A stretch of 61,390 bases of DNA, filler included, from Sphacelaria rigidula (lineage: Eukaryota), in the NCBI GenBank assembly GCA_964200075.2. It is 7 parts of 7 records of this genome, joined end to end, with 100 filler letters (N's around TTAATTAATTAA, not from the genome) between each part and the next. Parts side by side here need not be neighbours in the genome. Positions count along the whole stretch, not along the records: positions 1 to 8,685 come from CAXNAA020010385.1; positions 8,786 to 17,470 come from CAXNAA020010386.1; 5 more parts are not named here. One strand, given 5' to 3'. The notes under the pieces are model-generated. The model saw only the letters and a program-made list of their open reading frames with translations. It was not told where the DNA came from and did not search any database. This document shows, piece by piece, positions 1-11,752 of the stretch. How positions within the stretch are numbered: position 1 is the stretch's first letter; every line of letters starts with the position of its first letter. The translations under genes were made by a program, and so were the position numbers.

Positions 1-74
1 CGCTCCGAGAATTGAACCCACGACCCAACCGTCAGAAGGTTTCGAGGTTACCAACTGAGCCACCGGGGCGACCG
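1..74 (-). mobile_element. tRNA-derived SINE head, truncated by the contig edge
   Basis: Reverse complement reads CGGTCGCCCCGG-TGGCTCAGTTGG(A box)-...-GGTTCAATTC(B box). An anticodon-like hairpin AACC-TTCTGAC-GGTT remains, but the D and T stems pair poorly. A related head occurs near 11055. Confidence 0.65.
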
Positions 75-332
75 TTGTACCCACCTACTACAATCGTCAT
101 CAGGCAGGAGGTGGTGAAAAAAAATAGAATCTGATGAGAATGGTATCCACCGTTTCAATGCGGACCGGGCCCTCAGCGCCTTGTGCAGCCACGGCTGCGG
201 CTCCGACACCTTGCTGGAGTACCAATCAACACGCCCTCCAAGTTTCGGCGTCATCACAAGCGAGGTGTGGATTTTCTTGACGTCCAACCTTCAGAAACAC
301 CGCCTCCATGTGATCGAAAAGGAATAACACTG

Positions 333-460
333 GCGGTGCACATTCTGGCCAGGTGAGTTTACAGCATAACTCAGCGGTACACATTATGGCCAGGTGAGTA
401 ATAGAGCAGCATAACTCAGCGATGCACATTCTGGCCGGGTGAGTTATACAGCATAACTGA
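333..460 (+). repeat. Minisatellite, 3 copies of a 41-45 bp unit
   Basis: Units 333-373, 374-418 and 419-460; consensus about GCGGTGCACATTCTGGCCAGGTGAGTTTACAGCATAACTCA. Confidence 0.85.
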
Positions 461-1822
461 GTTAAACCATGAGTTGTGCGACGTGTGCAAGCTTTCAAGG
501 GTCGGACGAATTATTGATTCGTCTGGAAATTACTTGATTTCAGTGTAATTGATTTGTACCGTATGGATCAATCCTTAGGCTTTGTTTTCAGCGTTGTAAC
601 CCAGGTACACGCACCCCAGGCACGTGTAATGACGCAATAATTGCGGGGGGACATTTTTTTAACAGTGGCCATTTTTTTCTCTTTCGAGCCATCAGGCCTG
701 AGAATTTGTGGGTTTGGTGATTCGAACAGGCGACGATTCGTCCGAACCTCGCAAGATTTACTGCTGCCTCTGTACCCGTTTCCCGTTGTACCCTCTATAA
801 TTGTCGGAAGACAGTGACTCGCAAGCAGACAAAAAAAAAGGCGTCATGCTTATAATCCTCGTTTCAACCTACACGGCGCCCAGTACGACTTGGGCCACCG
901 ACACGGTCGCCTCAACACTACCCTGTGGCATCGAGCGGCTTATACTGAAAAGTTCAGCGTCATCGAGTGTCACGTGCTGGGTTACTCCACGCCAACACCT
1001 CCTACAAAAAAAAAAACGCGTGCGGAAAACACTTTACAAGTTGTCCACAGCAGTCGTTGACTGGGACTAACGCTCTGGTCGACTATACTGGTGTGCTGCA
1101 GGGTGCAGTAGCGTTCGAGAGCACGCGAGCAACAAAGAGCGACAATGAGCACCTCGACACAAAGAGAGGAATGCAGTGGCACGACAGTATAGGATAGTAG
1201 CCACCATGCGTTCATCTCTGCGGAGCAGCCTCCTCATCTTGTCTATGAGAGAGAGATTTTGCGGCCAGTACGAGTACAGTACAGTCAGAAGGTGCAGAGT
1301 TGTGTATCATGTTGATCGTCATCGAGCACTCACGTGAAAAGCCTGAGTTGGGTTCGTTGTGACGTTTGTCGCAGTGCACCGGGGATGGGTACAAGGAACG
1401 GTAAGCCTGGACAAAACCATAATACTGATACAAGCAAGGTCACTTTCATGCCCAGGTGCTCCACTCCTGAGTCGACAGTGACGTCGGAACCTCGTTCATA
1501 GGTATATAATAATTAAACTGAAAGCAACCATCCCTTCGTTGTTTTCCACGCTTCTTCTGGGTAGACAGTCCCGCAGCTCATGGTGGATCATGATACAATT
1601 CGTGAACACCGCGTTGAAGACCGACAGTCCCGCAGCTCGCGGTGCAACACCAGCAGCCCAGCTGTGCACCAGAAGCCGAGGCGGTGTGGTGCGCAAACAG
1701 AAATGGTATGCTGTCAAAGATGACACTCGCCAGGCATGTAGCGTTTTTGCTGGGTTGCCAATACCTTACCTCAAGCGCAAGGCTACCAACAGGCATCGCA
1801 TTCGTGCATGTAAATCCTTCAG

Positions 1823-2590
1823 CAGGCGAAGCAGCTTTGGTTCAACTCTGCCGAACGTATAGACCAACCGCGACGAAGGCCTCTTTTCCTTCTCACCCCG
1901 GCTATCTAAGCCAGAGTCGATATAGCGTTCGGGGGAGCATGATGGAGCCGCTCTGTGCTAGTGTGGAGAACGGTGAAGCAAAAACGGCACAGGTATGTTG
2001 AGGCATCTTTTCGCTGAGCCATCTTCAACTCGGCAGCGTGAGGTAGCGCGGGGGGGGCGAGAACCGGTGTCCTGTGCTGTCTGTGCTATCTTTCCTTCAC
2101 CGCCGTCCGCGTACGACCCTTTGGAGCGTGACACGAGCAACCTGACCTACGCAGATGCAGCAATTTCTGCTGCGAGTGCTAACATGTGCTGCTACTTCGA
2201 AACCCAACTGTACGGTGCATTATGTGATGATTTCATTCCGGTCCTCGTGTTATTGGTAGCTGTCGGACATGGATGCTCGAGTTCTCAACGAGCTACTGGG
2301 CGACCCTACTTTTATGGAGTCCCTCCGGGAGCGTAGGCTTGAAGAAGCTGAGTCCATCAGCTACACAACGGAAAACACAGAAGGGAGGGTTGGGGGGGAA
2401 AGGAGAGGTAGTGGCGAGACTGATGTGGTGACCGAATCAATGAAAGCTGGCAAACGATCACTGGCCGTTGCTGAAAAAGGAGGTGGGCGCAAAAGCGAAT
2501 ACGAGAGTGCAACGATGCAAGTCGTCGAAGAGTTGCAGGACTCAGTCAAGGGGCTGATCGCGAAGTTGACGGCGGCCATTGAAAGCGCAG
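1823..2590 (+). CDS. Two internal exons of an uncharacterised protein (partial)
   Basis: Exon 1823/1826-1992 (CAGCAG acceptor, CAG|GTATGT donor) and exon 2260-2590 (TAG acceptor, CAG|GTGAGC donor) join in phase 0: ...ENGEAKTAQ|LSDMDARVLNELLGDPTFMESLRERRLEEAE...VVEELQDSVKGLIAKLTAAIESA. No family recognised. Confidence 0.55.
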
Positions 2591-5500
2591 GTGAGCAAAG
2601 TTCTGGGGCGTCAGTTGCATTGAGTCGATAGCTGCGGTTGTATATCATGCTGGAGAAAGTAGATATTCTCGTGATCATGTGCCCTGGGGGAAGTCTGAAG
2701 GGGATGAAGTTGCAGACATGAAACACGGAAAAATTGTGTTCGGCGCACACGCATCTACACTGCTTGTGGTTACATGGGTACGCTGTACGGCAAGTGCCGC
2801 TCCGCCATGGTGAGTGCAAGACTCAGCCAGTGAGTTGACGCAACGAAAGGACGTGTAGGTGCGTACCCTCTCCCATGTGATCCCGTCGTTTGTTGAATGT
2901 TCGCATAGGAGGTGTTGTCTCCCGTGACCATAGAAACAGGCGGGAATTTTTGTGTCCCAGCCCCCCGTCGGATTTTTTTCCGTGGTACTTCTCGTATATT
3001 GCGATGTATAGAGTTTATCGTGGCTCCGCCCAAATTCGCGAATTCCATTTCCCCGCCGTACCGCGGTATGATAATATTGTGCTACCTGTTTGGGCTCTTA
3101 TGCTGTAATCCGAACATAATCCAGCCTGGAGAATTTGAGGTGGTTTTTCCAAGAGTGAGTGCTTCTTGAGCCATTTCTTCTTGCTCCCCTTCTGCAAGAA
3201 AAGTTCTCCGAAAGCGGAATATTCCCAATCGAAGGAATATGTATTTTGTAGGAGCGAGATAATTCCTAACCACTCAATTGAATTCAATTGAATTCACCCA
3301 TGACTCATCATATATTTGAGGTGACGAACACCAAGCAGAACCTGAGAGATCAGGGCTTAAAATGTCTTTGCCGGTGATACTGACCGTCGAAGCACCTGTA
3401 AACCAACACGCTGAGATATTGGTAGGCAGACGCAGTAGCACAAATGCAGAGCGGCGGCCTAAACAATCGGCCAGTTTGCTGTTCGAGTGCAGGCAGTATG
3501 ATTGTGGAAGATTGCACAACCGGAATACTGTACTGCAGTACTTAGAGGGCTGTGTGAGGATTCACATCGTTTCCCTACCCGCCCACCCTGTGCTTTCGAA
3601 GGGTGTCATCGAGTAGAGACGTACTCTCCCAGTAGACTAGCGCCTTTTGGAATATGACCTTGCGAAAAGCAGTACGTAATGCCTCATCCACGAGAAGAAA
3701 TATACCATGCCTCAACCACGAGAAGAGATATAAACAACGCCTCATCCACAAAAAGAAATCTAATCCCTCAGCCACGAAGAGAGCGATATGACGTCTCTAT
3801 GAGAACATATATTCTTTTTTTTCTCAAGGTGATATATATATATATATATTTCTATTACATGGCCTTGCAACCGCTCGCTGAACAAGAGATAGTTCAGTGC
3901 GTGCGAGGAGGCGTCGCGATAGTTTACGTGGAAAGGGATACCGAAAATTGCACACGATCAGGGATAATGAGCAATCACACGACACCATTGCGATGCAAAG
4001 GAGTCGTTGAAATATGAAGGTTTTGCTCAAGTCTTGAAAAACGCATGAAGAACAAAAACGAGAGCGAAGGGAGGTCCAGATGTCATCAACGTTGCATCGT
4101 GCTTATTCTTCGATGTATTGAATTTCATATACCGTATGGGGAAAGGGTGTGTACTCGAGATGAGGAATGTCAACATGGTGTATGACACGGTCGGAGGGTA
4201 CCGCCAGTTGGCGTTGTCAGTTTTTGTGAAGACTGACATTCGGGGTGGTTGGCATCTTGGGGGAAATGCTCCCCCACACACACGCATGCCCTGTGCGCAG
4301 GGCTTTCATGAAATTACAAATTTGAAAGCCGACTTCAAACCGAGAGAATCTTCTCGGAGAGGTGCATCAGGCAGTGTCTTAGCACATCTTTTTCGATCGA
4401 AGAAAAAGTACGGTGGAATGGATTTGAGCGAATTCGCTCATTTTCTCGCGAGTTTGATCCAAGCGAATTTGCAAGGTTAGGATCGAAAAAAGACACTACA
4501 TTTTTTTAAACGGTTCTTCCTCGCTTGTCTACCGTACTGGCGGTACTGTAGTGTCTGCACTGTTCATACAGTGTGTCTTGAGTGGGCGTGTGCGCGTTTC
4601 GTACTGTAGGATAAAGAAGAGAAGCGAGCAACGTGCAGTATAGACAGCGTAGGACTACCTGTATACTCTCTGCTTACAATGCGACGTGAAAAGGACTTGA
4701 AAAACGTGTAGCTTTGGACTGTCTGTACTGTCCATGCACGCATATCGGTCCCCCACCCCACCACGCAGTTCGGTCGCCGATCCATGAAAACTGCTCGAGT
4801 TTTCGCTGACAAGGAAATAAACACATCATACCCAAACACTGCAGTGTATCTATCCCTGTGCTGAAGTCGTGCTCTATGCTGCAGGGTTGCGGTGGTAGCT
4901 GATAATGATTTGTGTGGGGTTTGCATGGTTCTGTCAACGGGTGGTATCTGGCGTGGTGGTCTGCAAGACAGGAGTGAAGTGCCCCTCCGTACATTTCCTC
5001 CGCATGTCTTCGATCGAAAAAGCTCAGCGTTATTGCTTTTTACTCGCGATTCGTGGGCCACAAAATATAAAAAATGGTTGAAGCCAGCTGGGAAAAGAAA
5101 TGCCGTGGACCTATCAGATCGAAACTTTTCTTTTCCACCGCACTTTCTCGATCTTGAAAAATGTGCCAATACACGCCCTTATCGCGACGAACAAAGAAGC
5201 CACGAAATATAGCGAGCAAGACATCTTGCCTGCCCACAACCACTAGTCTGAGTCCCAACGAGGAAACGCGAAACATAGTTGTTAGGAAAAGTGGTGTTTC
5301 TGTCGGCGCTGGACACAATGGGGAACAGGTCTGGATTTCTCAACGGGCGTAGCGGAAACACGTTACACCTACACAGTCCAGCACCAACTCCACGCGCAGA
5401 CATCCACAGCACGAGTTTATCGCGCCTAGTACTAGCTGTTACTCATCTACAAACGATTTTGTTTATTTCACGGTAATCCGTTCCGTATCGGAAGAGGGCC

Positions 5501-8500
5501 GGCCATGTGTGTGCCACAAAAGCTGCCCACGATGGAGTCGTTGACCGTTTGTGGATGTGGTATACCGCGACCAACATATTTATTCTTCTCTTTTTTCTTT
5601 CTGCTATTGTTTATATCTTGTCTCGGAAAGACACGGCCTTGAGGAGAAACCAGTGTTCGTCGGAAACGGGGTCTGCCAAACATGCCTCCGATCGATCACG
5701 GAGCAACTAGCTGCACGGACAGTAGATGCATGTAGTGCGGCTACGTACAGCTGGAGCATAAGATGCGGTACATGTACACAGCTGTAGACAAAGGACAGTG
5801 CAGAAGTCGCTGTTTTGTGCACCAGATGACTGGTGGCAAGCATCACGCAGACGGGCGCGCCCATCTTGGTGTAAGACCCACCAAACTTCTTCTAGCGTTG
5901 GCAGAAATCGGTTCCAGAAAATTGTTTCGATCGAGAAAAGTTGACGATAAAAGTCCACTAAGGGACACGGACATTTTTCGCCAGTCTTTTTTCAAGTTGT
6001 AAGAAATGTCATTTCCGTGAGAACTTCTGAGGATCTCGCCTACCGTCAAAAGTCGAACTGTTTCGAGCAAACAGTATAGAATGCCGTGCACAGTTGTGTG
6101 GCGTGTGGCTAAAGCATTATGCCGTAGGCATTCAGCACATCGTCGGGTACTGTTTCCCTCAAGTGTTTTATTCTCGATGATTTTTCGGAACATCCTTTTT
6201 CCCTCTCCGTTTCCGCATCTGGCTGCAGGTCTGAGCAAGAAAAGTGAGATTATCATGTTTCCATAACTACACAGCAGTAAGAACAACATCTACTTTCGTT
6301 CTTTCGTAGATACTGCAATCTATGTTGATGCTCGATTGGTCAACCTTAATAGCGCCCAGGCTTTCTATTCCGATAGTATTCCATGCTAGTTCCGTTGACA
6401 CCTGGGGTATATCCATTATACACGTTCAATACCCTTTTGTGACCTGCGCACGCTAAATCAGACAGAAGTACAGTTTTCATTATTGGAGCATGGCAAGTGT
6501 GGCAGTATATGTCCGTTGTTGAAAAGATGGATTGATTATGTTTGGGGGCCTCATACTTCTGCCGCAAAGACTCGCACAGCGGCGCGCCCGTAGGCCATGA
6601 ATTATTAGACCTTCATACACGTCGTGCGTGTCATACATCATACATGTCATACCACATGCGGTGGTGGCACGGTCACCGCTCATAGTTGTCTCCACCCACC
6701 CAATGCAGTTGTACGGTAGAGTACAATACTGTACTCTGCACTGTATTCCCTACGACACGACACGGATATATATATGTGGGTGGCAACGGCACGCCCGGAC
6801 CTGACTTCCTGTTTCGATGTAGGCGTGTGCCTCCCATCAAGACAACTAGTCCAGCCAGCAAAAGGCCACCTGCACGACGGGGGGCTGTAGTGTTGACTTT
6901 ATTTGATTGAATATGTGTAATTTTGCGTTTCCTCAAGGACCGCTTCTCTGAGGATATCCAAGTTTTCACTCAGAAATCTGAAGTTGAGGACACTTGGCAC
7001 CGGTTTGACCTCCCAAAACAGGAATAACCGTCGTCTGATGTCATGGCCACTATGCGTCACCTCACTGAGAGGATCCTCTCCCATTTAGCTAATGTTCGCA
7101 AACGGCCACTTCACAAAAAAACCCATTGGACATCCAAAAATGTGGCGATTGCTATGATGTTCGTGAAATTTCTACACCGCATTCGTATTTTTCCACTTCC
7201 ATTTTGATTCTTGACAAGTAACTACTTGTGAAATATAGGAGCGTACGACGTCGCGAATGTAAAATGTGGGTTATGCTTCTCTCGGTAAGGTGGTGCTGAA
7301 TCTAAACCCCTTAGCAGCCGCAGCGTTCCACCGACCAAACAGTATTTTCGCGGGTGATCCGTCACCAGATAAAGTCCGCGTCATCATGATCAGCATGACA
7401 TGCAGCGTGATGAATGTGCAGGGTGTTCGTCAGTTGTGAGCAGGTCCCAGCAGTAATGTACAATGCAGCAGAGGATAGGACAGTGGAGCACTCCACTCTG
7501 CGCAGCGCCACAGCCAGACGTAGCGCGTGGTGTGATGCGAGTGCAACAACGACGTATGATGGGGATACTTACCCCACAGCAAGCACATTGTCCGTGATCA
7601 CATTGCACCTATCGCTGCTATCATGTGCGGACCACACAGGCCGGGATGGCCTGAGTAGTCAGCCAAAGTATGCTTCTCATCGATGGGCATGCATGTGTGC
7701 TCAGAAACGGACCCGCCCCTTCTCCCCAGTAAGTGCACTTCCTGTGTGTCATGAGTAAAATCTATTACGTTTACACGGGCCCTTAACCGTGTCCGATGCC
7801 TTCGGCGATAATGTTATTGGAATATCTAGGGTTTTCATAATTGAAGCCCTTTGTATTTGTTTTCGAGCACTACCGCGCATGGGCCAATGGCCGGAAAAAG
7901 TCAGTCCGCCCGAAAATGGCAATATTTTCGCCCCCTATTCTGGGGGGGGAAAAACGTCAAGGGAAACAAAAGGTAGTCCTCCTCGCCGTCACTGGAACTC
8001 GATGCTAGAGAGTCCCAGGCCTTGATGAAGGCCTCCTGATCGTAGCTTACCACCCTTCACAACGTTCCTGCCCTCTGCCGCGCCGATTCTCATAACATTT
8101 CCGAAAAAAATCCAAATTTCGACCCAAACTTTCTCAGTTTAATTCAGATTTTTCTTCTGTTTTTTTCCGACGGGCATCTCCATGGTTTTGTGTTTTCAAC
8201 AAACCTAACTGTAGCATCGTGAGCACCTCTGTTGGGGAGATGTAGTGCTCACCTCGTCAAAGATTTTACTTATGGCCCAGAGGAAGTAATACTACGAGGA
8301 TGCTCCAAGGCTAGCTAGTTACTGGCAACCGCCACGAACAACGTAGATGGTCGTCACGCCACCTGCCGAGCATGCCGCCACCGCCGACTGGTGGGAGTTG
8401 GGAGATATACTTGACAAAAGCATTGTTGCTGTGTCGATTGGTTTTCGCGTGCTGAGCTAGCTCTTCCTCGGCCAGGTCTGCCTGTTGTTCTCTCGTGTGT

Positions 8501-8685
8501 TTTCACCGACTCTCACCGAAATTCTCCGATGAGGTCTCAGTTGAGTCCGAGAATTTTGAAGGTCGTCGGGGATACTGAAATCAAGTAATTCACTCCCAAA
8601 GTCCAGTTTGATTGCAGTCGGCTTGCAAAAACAAGGGCAATATACAAAAAAGGGTAGACCCTTAGTTTTTGGAGCAGAAAAGGGT

Positions 8686-8785
8686 NNNNNNNNNNNNNNN
8701 NNNNNNNNNNNNNNNNNNNNNNNNNNNNNTTAATTAATTAANNNNNNNNNNNNNNNNNNNNNNNNNNNNNNNNNNNNNNNNNNNN
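8686..8785. other. Artificial contig linker (44N-TTAATTAATTAA-44N)
   Basis: Identical 100-nt spacer occurs six times; the 12-mer has stops in all six frames. Confidence 0.97.
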
Positions 8786-8881
8786 CGTCAACTCACGTCA
8801 GACAAACCCAGTCAACTACTTTGTTTACTCACGTTCTCACGCTTTCCACGGTGGAAATAATAAATTACGACGAAATATCCA

Positions 8882-8951
8882 ACGCACCGGGAATCGAACC
8901 CTCGTTCTCTCCACCCTTATGGCGACAATCGGACCATTACACGGGGCTGCG
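8882..8951 (-). mobile_element. Degenerate tRNA-like/SINE head
   Basis: Reverse complement contains B box GGTTCGATTCC about 50 nt after GCAGCCCCGTGTAATGG; no intact cloverleaf. Confidence 0.4.
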
Positions 8952-9129
8952 TTACTGTGTTTGGATGTTGTGACAAGTGTATCTCGGAGCCTTTTCGGGG
9001 GGAGCCATCTGGCGATATCCCTACACTCACAACTCAGAGGCAATGCACGCGGTAAATTGGACATTATTTCCGTGTCGTTGAACAATGCTGAATTGCACGA
9101 AGGCACGGCCTTGCACTATCGTGGGATCT

Positions 9130-9420
9130 TCACCTTGGATATGGAAGTCCACCCGAGAATTCAATCTGGGATATGGACATCCATCCAGGATATGGACTTC
9201 TCTCTGGGATATATGGTAGACATCTATCTGGGATATGCGCATCCCCCAGATGGACATTTCAGATAGATCTGACAGCCAAAATGGACAAACCCCGTGAATG
9301 TCCAAGTTTTTATCCCGGATTGGCATCCCAAATGGGCATTGATGTCCCAGGTAGATGTCCCAGATGCACATTGATACCCCATATGGGTATGGTATTCCAG
9401 ATGTATGTGATATCCCAGGT
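9130..9420. repeat. Degenerate internally repetitive element rich in GGATAT/GGATG/CATCC/ATCTGG
   Basis: Many variants of GGATATCCATCTGG in both orientations; related block at 13480-13725. Confidence 0.6.
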
Positions 9421-9984
9421 GGAAATTGCACGATGATGCAAGGCCCTCTACGAATAGGTTCTCCACTTCTACCACACTTCCACGCACGTACGACGCGCGG
9501 ACGCTGTAAGTTGAAGTATTTTGCAACAGGCACACATAGGCAGTGTTTCACTGGAGTAGTACGCCTACGACGACGTGTGGATGTGTCGAGGCTTAGTATG
9601 CAAGGTAGCGTCAAGTTTATACCTGCAGGTTCAACTTGAAAAACGAAACATGAAAGTCAAAGCTTCAACTGAACGTCAACTTTGAAACTTGAACGATTGC
9701 TCGAGGGTTCGTTCGACTCATTGAAGCCGGAGAACGCTCAATTTTAGAGTCCGAGGTTCGTTGGAAGATTCGAATTTTTAACTTCAAGGAAGTGGTTACT
9801 CGGTAGGAGTGCACAAGTTTTTTCCAAGGTTGAATTGTTAGGAGCCCTATTTCCCATTAAAAACGACTTATAAAATATGTGAGAACATGTCACGATTGAC
9901 ATTCTAGTGGGCTAGGGATGTCTCGAATGGATTTTGAAACGGGGATGTCCTGACCCAATATTATTCTGTAGCTCCTAACTTTCA

Positions 9985-10087
9985 CCCTTAGACCGCGATG
10001 CGGGTAGTCTATCTGGATCACACATATACCTTTCTCAAGCGAAACTGATGCCGATTCCACAGGTGACCTAACCTCGCGGTCAAAGGG
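9985..10087. mobile_element. About 103-bp piggyBac-like MITE
   Basis: Ends CCCTTAGACCGCG...CGCGGTCAAAGGG, flanked by TTCA and TTAA; second copy at 21989-22090. Confidence 0.75.
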
Positions 10088-10746
10088 TTAAGAGTCCCTC
10101 AATGAGAAACATCGAGGCCCAAACGTGCAGCCCCTTCCGTGGTATGGCTCAAGGTTCACCTTTGAAACCTCGAAGCGGACATCAACATGAGACTCACTTG
10201 AAGGCTAGGCCTTCGCGTTGTTCGCTTTGAGTTGAACGATTAACACGAAACTCGAGTTCGCTGAGAATTTCGATTCTCAGATAAAAAATTCAAGTTGAAA
10301 GTCGCCGATCCGCGTGAATATTCGACTTTGAAATTGGATGCTTGATTTAAGAGTCAAAGTTTTTCGTGAACATTCGATTCCAACTTGAAAGTCCAACTTG
10401 ACAGTCAAAGATTCACTCAAACGCTCAATTTTCAACTTTCAACGATGAAGTCGCAGGTTTATTTGAAAATTCGACAGTTAAGTTGAGCGCTAAGTGAGAA
10501 TGTCTGAGATTCAACTTGAAAATCAGACCTCTAAAATGATTACTTGACTTTCACGTAAACCCTAGAGCCGGACATTCACCCCAACGTCTAAATTCCAAGT
10601 CAAATATTCAAGTTGAAGGTCGAACGCTCACTTGCAAATACCTGAATCTCGGACTCTCCAGTTGAACCTTCATAAAATTCAGGTTGGACATGAACATTCA
10701 AGGGGAACGTCCAACATTTCATTTTTTTCCCGGTCACATTTTCAAC

Positions 10747-11055
10747 CCCTGCCCCCCCTTCGGACGAGTCCGCGGTCTCAAGGGATCAAGCTATGTCTCC
10801 CTCGGTATACGCATTACACTATGATATCGCGGATTGGATCATGACCAGCATTCCCTTACCGCGTCGACACTCATCATATAAACTATCTTGCGCTATGCAC
10901 GTCCTCACGCTCTCAAAGGCGGAAAATCACATATTTGCCAGAAAAAAAAAACGAAAGCAACAGCCGGGACTCGAGCCCTCAATATTTCGCCCTGACAGAT
11001 TTCAGTTAGACTGTACTGTAGCATTGTAATACTAGAATACCGGGGTGCGGCGACC
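10747..11055 (-). mobile_element. Degenerate tRNA-derived SINE-like element
   Basis: Minus strand begins GGTCGCCGCACCCCGG (similar to 1-74) and has a B-box-like GGCTCGAGTCCC. The other end (C-run + GACGAGTCCGYGGTCTCAAGGGATCAA) recurs at about 43923-44000. Confidence 0.5.
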
Positions 11056-11752
11056 AAGAAATCTAGTAAGTGAAAGTTTATAAATGAAGGCTTGAGTCAG
11101 CAGTCGGGTTTCCTTCCGGGATGAATCTTTGGTTGAACCTTCCACTTTCGAGTTTGCTTTCGAGATCAAGCCTCATAATAGTTGGAGCTTCGGTTTTCGA
11201 GTTGAACCTTCAACTCACCATATTCAACTGGAGGTTCAGATCCTGATATTGAACAGTCAAAATTTCAACTTAACGTAAGAGTTCAACTTCGGGGGTAAAT
11301 TTTGAACGTTCAAGTTGAGTTAAAAGGCTGGATCTTGAGCCTCCAAGTTTAGCATCTTTATGAAAGTCGCGATGTTGTCTTTGAGAGGACTCAATCAAGC
11401 TACAGCCTTGTTGTCGCGCTGTCCAAATTCAAGGCGCCGCTCTCACCTTAACCCAAACCGAGATCATACGAAGCTGATAGGAAATAGTGTATTGGCAGGA
11501 GCACACCTGCTGCTGCAGGCGACTGAACAATTCGCTGTACGACCCAGTATATCATGCATCGTTGACCCTGACTACGCACAGGGCTCCTAGCGGTTTCTTT
11601 TTCTAATCACACTACTACGGTGAGTGCCGTCCGACAGAGGTTCCGGGGCTAGATGGCAGGGGTGGGATGGGGAAAATGGCGTCGAAAAGCTGAGGCAGTG
11701 GTGGACATCCGAGCAGGCATATCCTCGCCCCATGTAAGATACGTATACTCGC

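Larger units (their letters stand above)
9630..11360. repeat. TTCAACTTGAA/AAGTTGAA-rich repeat element carrying nested insertions
   Basis: Numerous TTCAAC/TTCAAG/GTTGAA/CTTGAA motifs in both orientations; similar patches near 15800-15870 and 32820-32930. Confidence 0.55.

Noticed and set aside
1..74. Functional tRNA gene (CTG anticodon-like loop)
   Set aside because: D and T stems do not pair properly and similar heads recur in repeats; a SINE head is more likely.
333..460. CRISPR-like array
   Set aside because: Units are contiguous with no unique spacers; eukaryotic context and no cas genes.
4564..5169. 201-aa ORF, and similar long ORFs at 9027-9614, 45427-45999, 53151-53687 and 60722-61309
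   Set aside because: No recognisable motifs; they overlap repeats or lie antisense to real exons.
8730..8741. TTAATTAATTAA as a biological periodic motif
   Set aside because: Always centred in 88 Ns at fixed spacing; an assembly linker.
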